Source: the human T2T-CHM13v2.0 reference genome, Homo sapiens
Assembly (NCBI RefSeq): GCF_009914755.1
Contig: NC_060937.1
DNA: 64,000 nt
Strand: one strand, 5' to 3'
Shown here: piece after piece, positions 1 to 29,870 of the stretch
How the letters are laid out: every line of letters starts with the position of its first letter
Position numbering within the stretch: position 1 is the first letter of the stretch
Program-made: the position numbers and the translations under genes
The notes under the pieces: generated by a model
Databases searched by the model: none
What the model was told of the DNA's origin: nothing
The model's input: the letters and a program-made list of their open reading frames with translations, nothing else

Positions 1-380
1 ATACGGTTTACTTAACTGTAACTTCAACTACCCCAAAAAATACAATTAGGTTTTTTAAATTAAAATTTGACCTTAGTTTGCTTTGTGGTACTTAAAAACA
101 AATAAACAAACAAAAAACCTCTTTTATTCTTAAATTACATAGAAAAAAAATCACAAAGACATACAAAATGCTTTAGCAAGAAGATCTAAAACTTTCCAGA
201 ATTTCAGTGCTTTGTTTCCCCCTAGCAATTAAGTTCAATCAGGCATGTGACTGACCACACACATTTTATCAGAGGGTTAAAGAACACATTCAGCCATGTT
301 CTTCAACAGGTAAGAACCACCCTCTGTTTATCAGCTCAAGAAAAAGCCAGAAGCAAACATACAAAATTGTAACAAGTTAC

Positions 381-480
381 CTTCAAGTATTCTTTCTCTA
401 TCGTCTTTTGAGCTTGAAAATAAAAAGCAATCCGACAAGTTTTAGCTGTTAAAATGGCTCCTGTAGATTGGGGAAGTGGT
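381..480 (-). other. ELF1: Non-coding 5' exon, probably of ELF1 (5' boundary approximate)
   Basis: Minus-strand donor GAAG|GTAACT at 381/380, with a promoter-like motif cluster just upstream. The gene name rests on recalled WBP4/ELF1 head-to-head gene order; no ELF1 coding sequence is in the window. Confidence 0.6.
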
Positions 481-620
481 GTCTGTGCTTCAGCTTATGA
501 GTCATACATGAAACCAAGTGTTTCTAAGGGAGGCACGCCCATGTTGCTGTGGACCCAATTATTCTGCTAGGTCAAACATGCAAATCTGCAGGTAAAAACG
601 GTATAGGAAAGTGGGGATGA
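465..620. promoter_or_regulatory. Non-CpG promoter-like motif cluster (ETS, AP-1, KLF/SP, octamer)
   Basis: GGGGAAGTG 470-478, TGAGTCA 498-504, GCACGCCC 533-540 and ATGCAAAT 578-585, all in unique sequence next to the exon. Confidence 0.5.
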
Positions 621-2849
621 AGAGGCAAGGAGCAAGATCTACCTTGATTAGACCATTACTAAGCTCATATTAATTGCCATAATTTAAAACTAACAATAAA
701 ATAGAGTAAGAACCTACAAGGGAGCAAAATTAAAAACTATATATTGTTTTAAAATATAAAAATCTCAATTTTTAGAAGTTGCTTTACTATATCAAATAAA
801 ACTGTGAAAGGAAAAAAGTATGAAAGGGGATGGAAGGGAGATAGCAAACTCTGTGGCTCTTAATGTAACAATGGACTGGTGAGTGTAATCTGGCTACTCA
901 TTAACCCTCATATGAAAGAGATATATTGCTATGTAGTCTGGAAAGGCTAGCAAACTACAAAGCCAGATGCAGATCTGTAAGTTCACTAAACAGATAAAAT
1001 CCACTAGAAAATTCAAAGTTCAGTGGAAAAATAAGTGTGAATTAAACTGGTTTACAGAATTTTTAAAAACCCACACCCCAATGTTAGGAATTTAAAGTCC
1101 AACAAAGCAAAATGATTTTAAATAAACTGCAAGCTTGATAAAACCCTTTTAAAAAAGTATTGGTACGATCATAGTTCATAACTCTACTACTTCCAAATGA
1201 TAGCTACAGTTTGACTTACCTTTCAAGCAAAATTTTCTACATGTATTTCAAGCCTCTTGTGCCAGGCACCCTGCTACAGCTCCACTGCAATTGTGGCAAG
1301 GCCAACCTAAGGGGACAACTGTGGCCAGTGAAGCTCTGCCTTCCAAGTCAGAATACATCTGACAAAGTGCCCAAGCCACTGAAATATTACTACACCTACT
1401 TATTCTGGCCTCTGGGTGAATACTTATTAATTTATTCTAAGAGCTTAAATTAATCAAAATGGCTTGAAAGCACTAAGTACTTCCAAAGCGCTTGAAATGA
1501 TAAATGCAACTCAATAGATAGCCTTCGTCCTGGTATCTTACAAAAAGTAAATAGGATTTAGCAAGGTTTTCTCCCTTTAGTTAATTAGTTGGGAGTTTAT
1601 TCTGGCTTACCAGAGGCATAGTTGAGAGCACAAGCTGTCACTGACTTAGGAACTTTACAAAATGCTGCAAAACAGCAATGATTGTGAACCAACTTTCTGC
1701 CTGCTGTCTATTTATTCCTTACACTGAAGATTGCTTGGTTTATCCTTTTACTGAAAAATAATCTCCATGGTTTTACAAACTGTTAATTAAAAATTTATTA
1801 AAAAGAAATATAGACCATGTTTTCTCCTGTCAAATGTCATATTTAGCTTACTTTAGTTCACTTACACAAAATGACTATTCAGAGCCCATGCACCAAGAAA
1901 CAAGGTCCGCTGAGCAGTCACGGGAGATTCACTTGTTCCCTGGAAAGTTCCCCCCAGGTAATTTTCCATATCTGAAATTTATTTTAGATAACATGAATGT
2001 AAACCTAACAATTTGATTATCTTCTTTTGGCTAATTAGAAATAAAAACTGTAACAGGTAAAAGAGGGCAACAGTATTATAAAAGGATGTCAGAAAAAGTG
2101 AAATAGCTGATAATGACATTAAAAAAACCCACCTTATAAAACTAAAAATAAACATAACTTTAAAAGTATTCAGATATGAAGCCATTATATAAGGTCAGTA
2201 AGTTGTAATATTCCCTAAGTATATTACCATACACTAAGTGTCTCCAAGTCAGCATTAGTTTAAGACAGGCCTTCGAAAGCCAAAGTGTGTAACATCAAGT
2301 GTGTGAGATGTTTTATGTAGAACAGGTATCTAAAAGGATAAGCTTCTGCTATTGAGAAAATCCATTTATATAATGCACCTCATTACTTAATAATGGCAAA
2401 TATTCCAAACATAATTTAAAGGAAGTACTCTGGCCACCAGTAATGTGAAGAGAATTAAAGGGAAAATAATTACACCTCTTCAACAGAAACAAATATCTTA
2501 GCTGTTCCTAAGGAGATGACTCCAGAGCTGCCATTACAATATATTATCCCTCTGCCCAGGGGTATCCCTATTAGCATTATTCTATCACCTACAGGAACTG
2601 GATCCTTGTTCTATTTACAGCCCCAATAAGTCAATCTCTGCATATGAGAGGATCAAAGAGAAAAAAAAAGGCAAACAGTTTGACACAGGTTCTAGTCAAT
2701 CTACTTGGGTTTCAATCCCAGCTCTGCTACCTATTAGCTATGTAATCTTGGGCAATTACTTAACAATCCTGCATCATAACTTATTTATCTATCATTTAGC
2801 CTAATAGTATCTACCACACAGATTATGAGGATTAAAATAAGTCCACACA

Positions 2850-4135
<1,286 letters not shown>

Positions 4136-5489
4136 TTAGGTATATGAAATGTACATACTGTGGGTATGTTTATTTATAAAATTAGATATGGATCAAGTCA
4201 GTATATACCTTATATAAAGCTTTCATGGCTGCTCATGGAATTGTCAACATGTATATTTGAACTATTAGCTGAGAGAGATTGAGTCAACTGAATGAATTTA
4301 AATGCCAACTAAATTTCAGATACTATTTATTTCCTCCACCAAAACAGAATTTATAAAAAGAATTTATTGTGCTAGGGCTCATTTTTCCTTTTTACTGTTA
4401 CCTCTTCCCTTTGAACTCAAATCTCAAAACTTCTAGTACAAAAATACAGAATACTCTAATTTCCATATCTAGGAAACTTAGGCTAAAAAAAGCTTTGTTT
4501 GAATCCGCCCCATAGGTCGGGAGCTAACATGCTATGACTATCAGAGATGGAAAAAGAAAAGATCACACCATTAAAATGGCAAATGACCAAAATCAATGTT
4601 CCCCACTATTTAAATAGAAAAATAAAATTCAGAAGACTGAGATTGAGTGTTATGAATCTTTCAATCATGCAGAATTTATTTTGTTGATGTTAATGCCTCT
4701 CAAAAATATAATCCCAGGTTCCAAGAATTGTGTAGAATTTCTACATGTGAGCTTAAACGTAAAACACAGTTAATTTTCTATGCTCTATCGCTAGCTTTGT
4801 TAAACCAAATCCTCTTTCCCACTTCTGCACGGACAGGTAACTAGGTGGTACTTTTTACCACCCACAAAAAGCAGGCCTCTTAGGCAACAGTCTATGTATT
4901 TTCAGGGGCTTATCAAAGGCAAAAGGGGCCATGGCTTTTGTCTGCACTATATTCCCATCACCTAGGACAAGGCCCAAAACTCAGCAGAAATTCAGAGACA
5001 TGAATGAGTGACTTTCCTAAAACTGCTCACTGAGGGGAAAAATGTAGCATATCAGGATTTTCGTAAACATTGAAATATCTTTAAAGACATGACTTGGCCC
5101 CTATGACTTGATATAGACAAATTCAAGGTTCTATTGCAGGTATTATTCTGGGTATTACTGTTTCCTCTGATATTAAAAATAACCAAGAATTGATGGTATG
5201 ATTATATTCTTTATAAAGCTCCCAGGTAATATGCTGACTGCAATCTCAAGTTGTTTGTATAGACATATTTTATCTCTCATAATTAAATTTTAAATTCAAT
5301 ATTAAAAATAATGTATCTTTTACTTCAGTAGCCTGTAACCAGGAATGTACCCCTGAAGGAGCTTTATGAAGACACATGCCAACTCCTGGAAATGGATTCA
5401 GTAGTGCAGGTGGAGGTCAGGCTTATGAGAACCACTGCTGTTTTTGTTTGTTTGTTTGTTTGTTTTGGGGGGGGTGGCTGTTTTTGTTT

Positions 5490-5830
5490 TTTGAGACAGA
5501 GTTTTGCTCTGTCACCCAGGCTGGAGTGCAGTGGCAGGACCTTGGCACCTCAGCGTAAAGCAATTTCTGCCTCCCAGGCGATCCTCCCACCTCAGCCTCC
5601 TGAGTAGCTGGGACTACAGGCATGCACCACAATGTGGTTATTTTTTGTATTTTTTTGTATTTCTGGCTAATTTTGTATTTTGTATGTCTGGCTAATTTTT
5701 GTATTTTTTTGTAGAGGCAGGGTTTTGCCATGTTGCCAAGGCTGGTCTCAAACTCCTGAGCTCAAGCGATCCGCCTGCCTCGGCCTCCCAATGTGCTTGG
5801 ATTACAGGCATGAACAACCACACATGGCCA
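5490..5830 (-). mobile_element. Alu with expanded middle A-rich linker
   Basis: Reverse Alu consensus with reiterated ggctaatttt(t)gtattt units at ~5636-5712. Confidence 0.9.
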
Positions 5831-6884
5831 CCATTGCTGTGTTTCTATGTAGCCCTAGCATCTACTGTAGTTACTGCTCTTCACACAGCAGCCACTCAAA
5901 GACATTTGTTAACCTACTATTCAATAATCTCTAAATGTTGCAGAGAGGAAATCTAATTTTTATACTGAGTTTAAAGTGAAACTTAAGCTCCTCCTTTGCT
6001 ACTCTTCAGGTAAAAAAGTACTCATCATATCACAGGAAAAGTAACATCACAGTCTCCTCCTAACTGACAGAATCTTTCTCTACCACCAACTGCCTACTTT
6101 AAATTCACCCATCACTCTGCTATTAGAGAAGTCTTCCTAAAGAACAACTCTGAGAGTGAAATGATTATCACTTATGGCCCAAAAAACAAAAAGAAATAAA
6201 ATAACTGATTTCTTAGAGGCAAAATTAAAAGCCAGACTATTATGGCGTTCAAGGCTTTCACAATCTGACTTTAATTTCCCTAACTTTTCCAGCCCTATCT
6301 TCCTGACTCTCCCTCACTCCCTAGCCCCTGACAGCTGTACGGAAATTTCCTGAATTGCTCCATTCCTATTTGTCTCACTTCCTTATCACTGTTCCCTGGG
6401 CCTGAAAAGCACTTACCTTATTTCCTATCCTATGCCCGACCTCTGCCTATGAACATCCATCCATCAAGTCTCAATTTCAATGCCTCCTCTACAGAAGGAT
6501 CTCCTCAACAGCCCCACTTACAATTACTGTGAGAACTGGTTATCGCAGAACTGAAAGAGACCTTAGAGACACTTTATCCAGTCCAGTGGTTTCTAAACTT
6601 TTTACTTAAGCAGCTGAATTTTTATAAAGGCTTCAAGGAACCTTGACACTCCATACATTTAAGTCTTCACTGTAGGACAGCTTAAAACACGAATCCAATC
6701 CAGTCTCATTTTAAAAATAGAGATAAGAGGTCTGTACAAAGTGACTTCCCAATGTCAAGTTAGTGACTGATTTGAGGGACTCTTTGTCATTCATTTAACA
6801 AATATTTACTCAGCACTTACTATGTGCCAGGTACTGTTCTAGCCCCTTGCTAGACAGCAAACAAAAGAGACATACTGCTGATAA

Positions 6885-10429
<3,545 letters not shown>

Positions 10430-10975
10430 TGTGATGGTTAATTTCAGGTGTCAACTTAACTGAATTAAGAGGTACCCAGATAACTGGTATAGTATTATTT
10501 TTGGGTATGTCTGTGAGGATGAGGGTGTTTCCAGAGAGACTGGCATTTCTTTTTTATTTTTTTTGAAACAGTCCTGATCTCTTGCCCAGGCCTGACTGCA
10601 GTGGCCTGATCACAGCCTCAACCTCCCAGGCTCAGGTGATCCTCTCACCTCAGCCTCCCGAGTAGCTGGGACTACAGGCATGCACCACCATGCCTGGCTA
10701 ATTTTTATGTTTTCTGGAGAGACGAGGTTTTGCCATGTTGCCCAGGCTGGTCCTGAACTCCTGGGCTCAAGTGATCCACCCGCCTCAGCCTCCCAAAGTG
10801 CAAGGATTACAGGCGTGAGCCAAAGTGCCCAGGGAGATAAGCATTTCAATCAGTGGACTCCATAAGGAAGATCTGCCCTCATCCAATGTGGGTGGGCACC
10901 ATCAATTGGCTAAGGACCTGGATAGAAAGGTGAATTCTCTCTTTCTTGGAGCTGGGGCGCCCTCCTTCTCCAGCA
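10430..10975 (+). mobile_element. MLT2-family 3' LTR of ERV-L (partial), split by an AluJ-type element (~10547-10835, minus)
   Basis: Starts TGTGATGGTTAATTT...GTGTCAACTT directly after the purine tract and resumes after the Alu (gcatttcaatcagtggactc...ccaatgtgggtgggcaccatc). Confidence 0.85.
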
Positions 10976-11613
10976 ACTGGAAAGACTGCAGTTACCAAAA
11001 CTGAGACAGGAAAGATGACAAATGGCAATGGTTTGAGGTAGAGGAATATCAGAGTTCAGTTCTGAACACATTAAGCTTCAGATGCTCATTAGTTATCAGA
11101 CTAGAGACACCAAATTAGATATGCAGTCCTGGAGTTGAATATACAGTCCTAAAGCCCAGGTTAAAGGTATGGGCTAGAGATCATAAACTTGGGAATAATT
11201 ACCATATATATATATTTATATTTATATTACATTAACATGTATATAATATTAAAGCTATAGGTTAGAAAAGCAACAATGACAGACTCTTGGGACACTCCAT
11301 CATTTAGAAGTAGAAAAGATGAGGCATAACAACAAAGAAGGCTAAAAGGAATACTCAGAAATGTAGGAAGAAAAAAAGGCATGTGTGTTTCCAAGAATAA
11401 GGAATGAGCAACTGTGCCAAATGCTGATGGCAGATCAAGTTAGATAAGGTCTGAGAAAAAAATGACAGTTGAATTTGGCAACATGGAGGTCACTGTTGGT
11501 TTTGAAAGGAAAGTTTTCATGGTACAGCAAAGGTAAAAACAAACAAAAAACCCTGATTAGGTAAAGTTTAAGAGAGAATAAGAGATGAAAAACCGAAAAC
11601 AGAAGTAATTTTG

Positions 11614-12993
<1,380 letters not shown>

Positions 12994-13330
12994 GTCTCCT
13001 CATCAAATTGTTATATAATTTGCTAAGGTAACACATAAAGTTACCAGATACCCAGAATAACATAGAAGTTTTATAAAATCCATGAAAATGTAATTATACA
13101 TATCATACTTCACTAATAAAATGTAGAAATACTACACTAACATTCTAGAAACATTCTTTTTATCTTATAGCAGTAGAATATTTCAGCAAATGGGCTGTTA
13201 GCACACAAGTTCAAAAAGGGTCATCTTAAATACACCAAAATTTCAGTTCTTAAAAGACAACTACCTTTGTCATTAGTAAAATTTAAAGCAATATCATAGA
13301 AGGCAACCCTCTTATTTTAAACCAGGCTGA

Positions 13331-14020
<690 letters not shown>

Positions 14021-14694
14021 ACCAAAGAAAAAACTTAGTACTATGGTTACAATGCTCATAAACAGAACCACTCAATGTTAAATGTTAAGTCATAATGTCC
14101 TACGGACTGATGACTGACTTGGCTTAACCTTTTGCTTTAGGCCTGAATCACAGAACTCTTAGCCCCCAAAATGATTTTTTAAAAAATTACCCCTGCTATT
14201 ATTATTTTTGCTCTTTGATAAAAGAGAAAAGAAAGGGAATTTTAGGACACGTTAAAGAAATGTGAACTTTAACTTCTCTTAGTTACACTTCTGGTCAAAA
14301 CAGAGAAATGAGGAAACCAACATTAGCAACTAGCTGTGTAGCCTCATGATTAAGAACATGGGGTTTGGAGTGGGTGACCCAGGCTGAGTCCTAACTCTAC
14401 TATTGACTAGTTTTTAACTTAAAGCTACTTAAACTCTCTAAGCCTCTGTTTTCACATCTGTGAAAGGGACAGTTATAATCCTTATTTCACATAATAATTC
14501 ACTTAAATTACTTGTTATAGTGCCAGGACACATAGTATGTTCTCAAATACATAACGAAAAGAGGCAGATGAACAAGCTGCAGTACATCCATACTTAGCAA
14601 TAAAATGGAGCTAACTATTGATAAATACAACTTAGATGACAATCAAAAGCATTATGCTGAATGAAAGAAGCCAGTGTCAAAGGGTTACATACTG

Positions 14695-14962
14695 CAGGGG
14701 TCCTCAACCCCAAGGCAGGCGAGCATCACCACCTGAGTTCTGCCTCCTGTCAGAGCAGCCAGAGAATTAGATTCTCATAGGAGAGGAAACCCTATTGTGA
14801 ACTGTGCATGCAAACTATCTAGGTTACGTGCTCCTTATGAGAATCTAACGCCCAATGATTTGAGGTGGAACAGTTTCATCCTGAAACCATCCCACCAACT
14901 TCTGTGGAAAAATTGTGTTCCATGAAACTGGTCACTGGTGCCAAAAAGGTTAGGGACCACTG
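14695..14962 (+). mobile_element. MER1-type hAT DNA transposon nested in an old L1M fragment (~14570-15630)
   Basis: Termini CAGGGGTCCTCAACC ... GGTTAGGGACCACTG, with internal inverted attagattctcataggag / ctccttatgagaatctaa. Confidence 0.85.
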
Positions 14963-16842
14963 AATACTATATGATTCCATTTATATAACATTTCTTGAAG
15001 AGACAAAACTACATTGATGGAGAACAGATCAGTGGTTGCCAGGGATACAGATTTTGGGGAGGGTGTGACTATTGAGAGAGCATGAGGATTTGGGGAAGTG
15101 ATGAATTGTTCTATATCCTGATTATGGTGATGGTTACACAAACTTAGACATGTCAAAATTCACAGAGCTGTCCACAAAAAAGTCAACTTTATGATAATTT
15201 GAAAAATAAAATGAAATTTTAAAAAACCTCCAAGAGCCCCAAAACTCATTACTTCAGGCCGTAATCACAAGAAAACAAGAGATATAATCAAATTGAGGGA
15301 CATTCTACAAAATACCTGACTGGTACTCTTCCAAAGGGTCAAGGTCAAAAAAGAGATTTGGGGGGATGAGAGAGATAACCATTAAGTGCAGTGTGGTATA
15401 TCTTGGACTAGATCCTGGAACAGAAAAAGGACATTAGTGGAAAAGCTGGGAAAATCCTAATAAAGTCTACAGTTAATAGCACTGTACCAATGTTAGTTTC
15501 TTAGTTTTCATCACTATACTATGACTGCATAAGACGTTAACATCAGTGGACACTGGATAAAAAATATACACGACTTCTTTGCGCTATTTAAGAAACTCTT
15601 TTCTAAACTTAAGATCATTTCAAAATAAGTTTTAAAAAAATGCCAGAATCTTTAAGAAAGAATACAGTCTGTAATAATTCCATAAAGTAAAAATAAATCT
15701 CTTTCAAAAACAAACTGATGACATCATGCATATTTTGATTAAAATGGTTTTATCTGTACTAAGATTATATGTTATCTGAAAGGGATAAAACAGATTCCAC
15801 CATATATTATACGACTTATTAGCCATAATCATTGCCAACATATATGCTTATAATTTTTACAATTCTATCATTTGATTTCCCAATTCAAGAATAATTTATT
15901 TTTAAAGGAATGTCTCAAATTCTACCCCTTAATATTCCTATTAAAAAAAAAAAAAAAAAAAACCTTCACTGGCCTATCAGCACCCACAGAATAAATTCCA
16001 ATACAAAACATTTATCCATCTTGACTTCTGTCTACCTTATCATGCCTTACCTCGGCATTCTACGCCCCCAGCATATACTCTACATCTGAACTTGTTAGTT
16101 CAGAGCATTGTCATGCTTTTTCACTCTACCTTTTCAGGCCTTCTCCACCTACTGAATCTCCCAAGAGCCTTTCTCTCCTCACTGTGTCATTAAAAGGAAG
16201 AATTGGTCACTTCCTCCTTTGTGCTCTCACAGTATTTTGTAAATGATCTAATCACATTGTTTGAATCATGTTTATTCATTCGTACACACACTTATGGTTA
16301 CTGCTATGCGCAAAGCACTCTTTGCATTTTGAGCACTCAAGGATGAATAGATTTCCTTCAGAACTCTTCCTACTGGAATACTCTTCCTACTCTGCTAGAA
16401 TACCTGGTAAAGAACATTACATTCCGTATCATTTGTTTACACGCCTCATTGGTCATTTATTTCAGCATGATAGCATGCCTGTCCCACAGTAGTTATTTAA
16501 TAAATATCTGCTAAATGAAACATTCAGAAATTGAACTAATTATTGGCTCAATGATAAACCTTTTTTTTTTCCCTTTTCCACCCAATTGAACCATTCTCAG
16601 GTCATTTAGACCACTGTATAGGTCTAAAGTACACAAAAAGCCAAGGCCACTTTCTCACTTTCCTGACTTAATCTAAATTCTCTGAACAGCTGGGTTAGGA
16701 TGGGTATGGTAGCCCTGTTTAGGAATCAAGTCTACAGCAGTAAAGCTCTGCATCTGTAAAGAGAGAATAGCTTCTGGATTTGACCCAGGGTCTATACCTC
16801 AACACCCCCATATACATTAATAGGTGAAAAATAATACTTTAG

Positions 16843-17368
<526 letters not shown>

Positions 17369-17626
17369 AAAAAAAAATTTTTTTCTAATTAGAAGCAGGC
17401 AGCTAAGTTTCAGCAAAAAGGAATGTTCAAATAAGATTTTAGACTCTGGCTTTATTTATTCATATTTCTTAATGCCATATAGATGAACAATTAATACTTT
17501 CTTTGAACTCATGTTTTACTATCATGACAAATGAAACGTTTTGGCTATAGCTAAACTACTCTGCTTCTCTCCCTCCATACTTGAAGTCAAATCATTGACA
17601 CAAATGACACTTTAAAACTTAAAAGT

Positions 17627-18279
17627 GGAGAAATAGGAACACTGTTACACTGTTGGTGGGACTGTAAACTAGTTCAACCATTGTGGAAGACAGTGTGGCA
17701 ATTCCTCAGGGATCCAGAACTAGAAATACCATTTGACCCAGCCATCCCATTACTGGGTATATACCCAAAGGATTATAAATCATGCTGCTATGAAGACGCA
17801 TGCATACGTATGCTTATTGCGGCACTATTCACGATAGCAAAGACTTGGAACCAACCCAAATGTCCAACAATGATAGACTGGATTAAGAAAATGTGGCACA
17901 TATACACCATGGAATACTATGCAGCCATAAAAAATGATGAGTTCATGTCCTTTGTACAGATATGGATGAAACTGGAAACCATCATTCTCAGCAAACTATT
18001 GCAAGGACAAGAAACCAAACACCGCATGTTCTCACTCATAGGTGGGAATTGAACAATGAGAACACTTGGACACAGGAAGGGGAACATCACACACTGGGGC
18101 CTGTTGTGGGGTGGGGGGAGTGGGGAGGGATAGCATTAGGAGATATACCTAATGTAAATGACGAGTTAATGGGTGCAGCACACCAACATGGCACATGTAT
18201 ACATATGTAACAAACCTGCACGTTGTACACATGTACCCTAGAACTTAAAGTATAATAAAATATATATATATATTAAAAA
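17627..18279 (+). mobile_element. 5'-truncated L1PA (ORF2 C-terminus plus 3'UTR)
   Basis: ORF 17681-18052 ends HRMFSLIGGN. TSD aaaacttaaaagt (17614-17626) / aaaccttaaaagt (18280-18292) at a TTT/AAAA site. Confidence 0.95.
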
Positions 18280-18666
18280 AAACCTTAAAAGTATTTTAGA
18301 CTTAGATTCATTTTAGGAAATGTTTCTTGGGCACATACAATGTGCTAAGTGTCATATACAATGTGCTAAGCGTTTTTAATGTTCTCAAGTTTCTATCTCC
18401 AAGTCTCTCTCCTGAAGGCGATTAAGCCTTTAGGCCAAGATGGGTCAGCCTAGATCTCAAGAATCACCCAGTCAAGTAACAGAATAATGAGAAATAATAT
18501 CTGTGATACATACATTTGGTCAAAAATTACAACTTGCCTGTGGCCACATGGTTAGTAAACTTAAAGCCAACATTTAAATCCATTTTCACTCCAGAATCCT
18601 ATGCCCTTTCTATAACATCCCAAACCTCAAACCTCAAAAATATTTTGAACTTTAGAAATTAGTTTG

Positions 18667-20595
<1,929 letters not shown>

Positions 20596-21609
20596 TTAAA
20601 AAACGAAAACTAGAAATCTTAGGCAATATATTGTGGATGTGCAGTTAAGACGATACAATACAGAACTGTGACAGTGGGCTCACTCTCAAAGAAAATGGTC
20701 TTGGACCCTTCATCAAAAGATTGATCAATTAACATCCAATTCTATGTTTTAAGTTAAAATAAAGTGTTTAAGGTAAAGAGATATATGTATTTAGTTCTAA
20801 GACAGTTTTTTATCTCAAAAGAAAAAAACTAAAATACTGAAACACTGCTCAATGACATGCATGCTAAAATATTTAAGTGAAAATGTACTAATATCTGCAA
20901 TTTAATAAAAACTTAGGTAGTGGGTGTATGAGTACTCATTATAAAATTTCAACTTTGCTGTGTGTTTTAAAACTTTCATAATAAAATATGGAGGGAAAAA
21001 GCTATTGTTAATTGAAACAAATACCCTAATAGAAAAACAGGCATAAGGCATGAATAGGCACTTCACAAAAGAAATGTAGTCATACAGGAAAAGATGTTCA
21101 TTCTCATAACCTCAGAGCAGAAAAACAATGCCATTTTTCACCTACTAAATTAAATTAGCAAAGATTCAAATGATTAGAGAGGGTACATGGAAAAAAATGT
21201 TTTCATATTTTATTTATGAGAGTCCAAAGAGTATCATTCCAGAAGGCAACTTCACAACCAAAAGACTTTAATGCCTCTATCTTTTTATCTAGCAGTTTCA
21301 GTCCTTGGGATTTATTCTAACAAAATAAATACACGTGCAAAGATGTAGATATATATTCAGCACGATATTGTTCAAAGTAGTAAGAAACTAGAAACAAACT
21401 ATTATGTAAATCGGGAAACGTCACAGAAACTATATCCCATTATATGGAATGTACCATACTGCTATTGTCTAAATAAAATGGTACAGGTATGGAAAAATCT
21501 CCAGGACATATTTAAGTGAAATATAAAAGTTACAAAACAGTATGTGATCACATAATACTTATATATGCATGATCTACATTTCAGTATATGCAATGATGGT
21601 CAACTAAAA

Positions 21610-21957
21610 CAGCAGTGCCCAACCATTTCGGTACCAGGGACAGTTTTGTGGAAGACAATTTTTTCACGGATGGGGGGCAGGGGTTGGGGAGGATGGTTTT
21701 GGGATGAAACTGTTCCTCCTCAGATCATCAGGCATTAGATTCTCTTAGGAAGCAGGCAACCTAGATCCCTCACATGTACAGTTCACAATACGGTTCATAT
21801 TCCTATGAGAATCTAATGCTGCTGCTGATCTGACAGGAGGTGGAGCTCAGACAGTAATGCTCGCTCATCTGCTGCTCATCTCTTGCTGTGCCGCCTGGTT
21901 CCTAACAGGCCACGGATGGGTACAAGTCTGCAGGCCTGAGGGGGCTGGGGATCCCTG
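21610..21957 (-). mobile_element. MER1-type hAT DNA transposon
   Basis: Reverse-complement similarity to 14695-14962, with CAG...CTG termini. Confidence 0.85.
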
Positions 21958-22554
21958 CACAAAGAGTTAACAGTACTTACTCTGGCTAGTAAGATTTCTA
22001 TGACTCATATTTGTTACTCGGTATTTAAGTAGTTACTATGAGCCAAGCACTGTTCCGCAGACTAAGGTAAACAATTCAAACATGGTCCCTGTCCCCATTT
22101 GAAGGAAATCAACAAGTGACAAAGAATGACCAGGAAAACCTATTTTAGATAGAGTGATTGGGGATGGCCTTTCTGAAAAGGTGACCGTGGATATGAAACC
22201 TGAATGTTAAGCAGCCAGTCATGTAAAGAGGCTGAGGAAGCATACCATCAGGAGAGAAAATTATAGGCACAAACAAAGGCAGTGGGGTAGGAGGAAGCAT
22301 CATGGCTAGAATGCAGAGAGGAGAGGGAAGAAGTACAAAAAGCAGCTAGAGAAGAACCTATACAGAGCATGAAGCACTTTTACAGTAAGAAAAAAAGGAT
22401 CAAGCTGGTTTCATCAAAAAAAAAAAAAAAAAAAAACCTATTACACCATCCGAACTGTATAAGCAGACGACATTTTCAAAGTCTTTCTTTGCTAAGTCCT
22501 TGACATACACATCTCATTTAATCCTCAAGACAGAACTATTAAAAATCATCCAGA

Positions 22555-23448
22555 GCCAGGTGCAGTGGTTCATGACTGTAACCCCAGCACTTTGGGAGGC
22601 TGAGGCAGGAAAATCACTGGAGCTGAGGAGACCAGCCTGGGCAACATGGAGAAACCTTGTCTCTACAAACAACACAGAAAGATTAGCCGGGTGTGGTGAC
22701 GCGCACCTGTAGTCCCACCTACTTCAGAGGTTAAGAAGAAAGGATCACTTGAGCTAAGGAGGCAGAGGGTGCAGTGAGCCATTATTGCGCCACTGCACTC
22801 CAGCCTGAGCAACAGAGTGAGACCCTTTTTCCAGGGGGAAAAAAAAAGGGCATCCAGAAGACTTCAAAAAGCCAGTCCATAGATCAGATGCACCAGAATC
22901 ATCTAAAGATGCACACACTCCTGAGTCCTACACCTAAAGATTCAACTGTAAGTCTTAGGTGGACCCAAGATTCTCTATTTTTTACTTTCCAGATGATCAG
23001 AAGTTAGTATAGTAACATACAGACCTTCACATCTCAATACCTGTGTGTACACAATCCCGGAATACCATATTTAGACTAAGTCAGTGGGAAGGTCATATTT
23101 GTATTCAGTAGATCCTGTTTAAGCAAAGTGTATATTTTTCAAATATTTCCTAAACTCTATAGGAGATATTATTTATTTACTTATGTATTTATATTTTTTC
23201 AGACAGTCTTGTTCTGTCACACAGGCTGGAGTGCAGTGGCACGATCTAAGCTCACTGCAACCTCTGCCTCCCAGGTTCAAGGGATCCTCCTACCTGAGCC
23301 TCCTGAGTACCTAGGATTACAGCTGCATGCCACCACACCCGGCTAATTTTTGTATTTTTAGTAAAGGCAAAGTTTCACTTTGCACAGTTTTAACTCCTGA
23401 CCTCAAGTAATTCGCCTGCCTGGGCCTCCCAAAGTGCTGGGGTTACAG
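22555..23448. mobile_element. Alu (plus ~22555-22845) and 5'-clipped Alu (minus ~23170-23448)
   Basis: Alu consensus. The second element lacks roughly its first 20 nt. Confidence 0.85.
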
Positions 23449-23458
23449 CTTTTTCTTT

Positions 23459-29578
<6,120 letters not shown>

Positions 29579-29589
29579 TACAGTCTTTT

Positions 29590-29870
29590 CTTTGAGACAA
29601 GGTCTCCATCTGTCACTCAGGCTGGAGTGCAGTGGTACAAACACAGCTTACTGCAGCCTTGACCTCCAGGGCTCGAGTGATCTCACCTCAGCCTCCCGAG
29701 TAGCTGGGATTATGGGCACACCACCAAGCCCAGCTAATTTTTTAATATTTTATAGTGACAGGATACCAGTATGTTACCCCAGCTAGTCTAAAATTCTAGG
29801 CTCAAGCAATCCGCCCACCTCAGCCTGCTAAAGTGCTGGGATTACAGTTGTGAGCTACTACGCCTAGCCG
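29590..29870 (-). mobile_element. AluJ-type element whose tail is the L1 target site
   Basis: Reverse Alu consensus abutting the L1 TSD. Confidence 0.88.
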
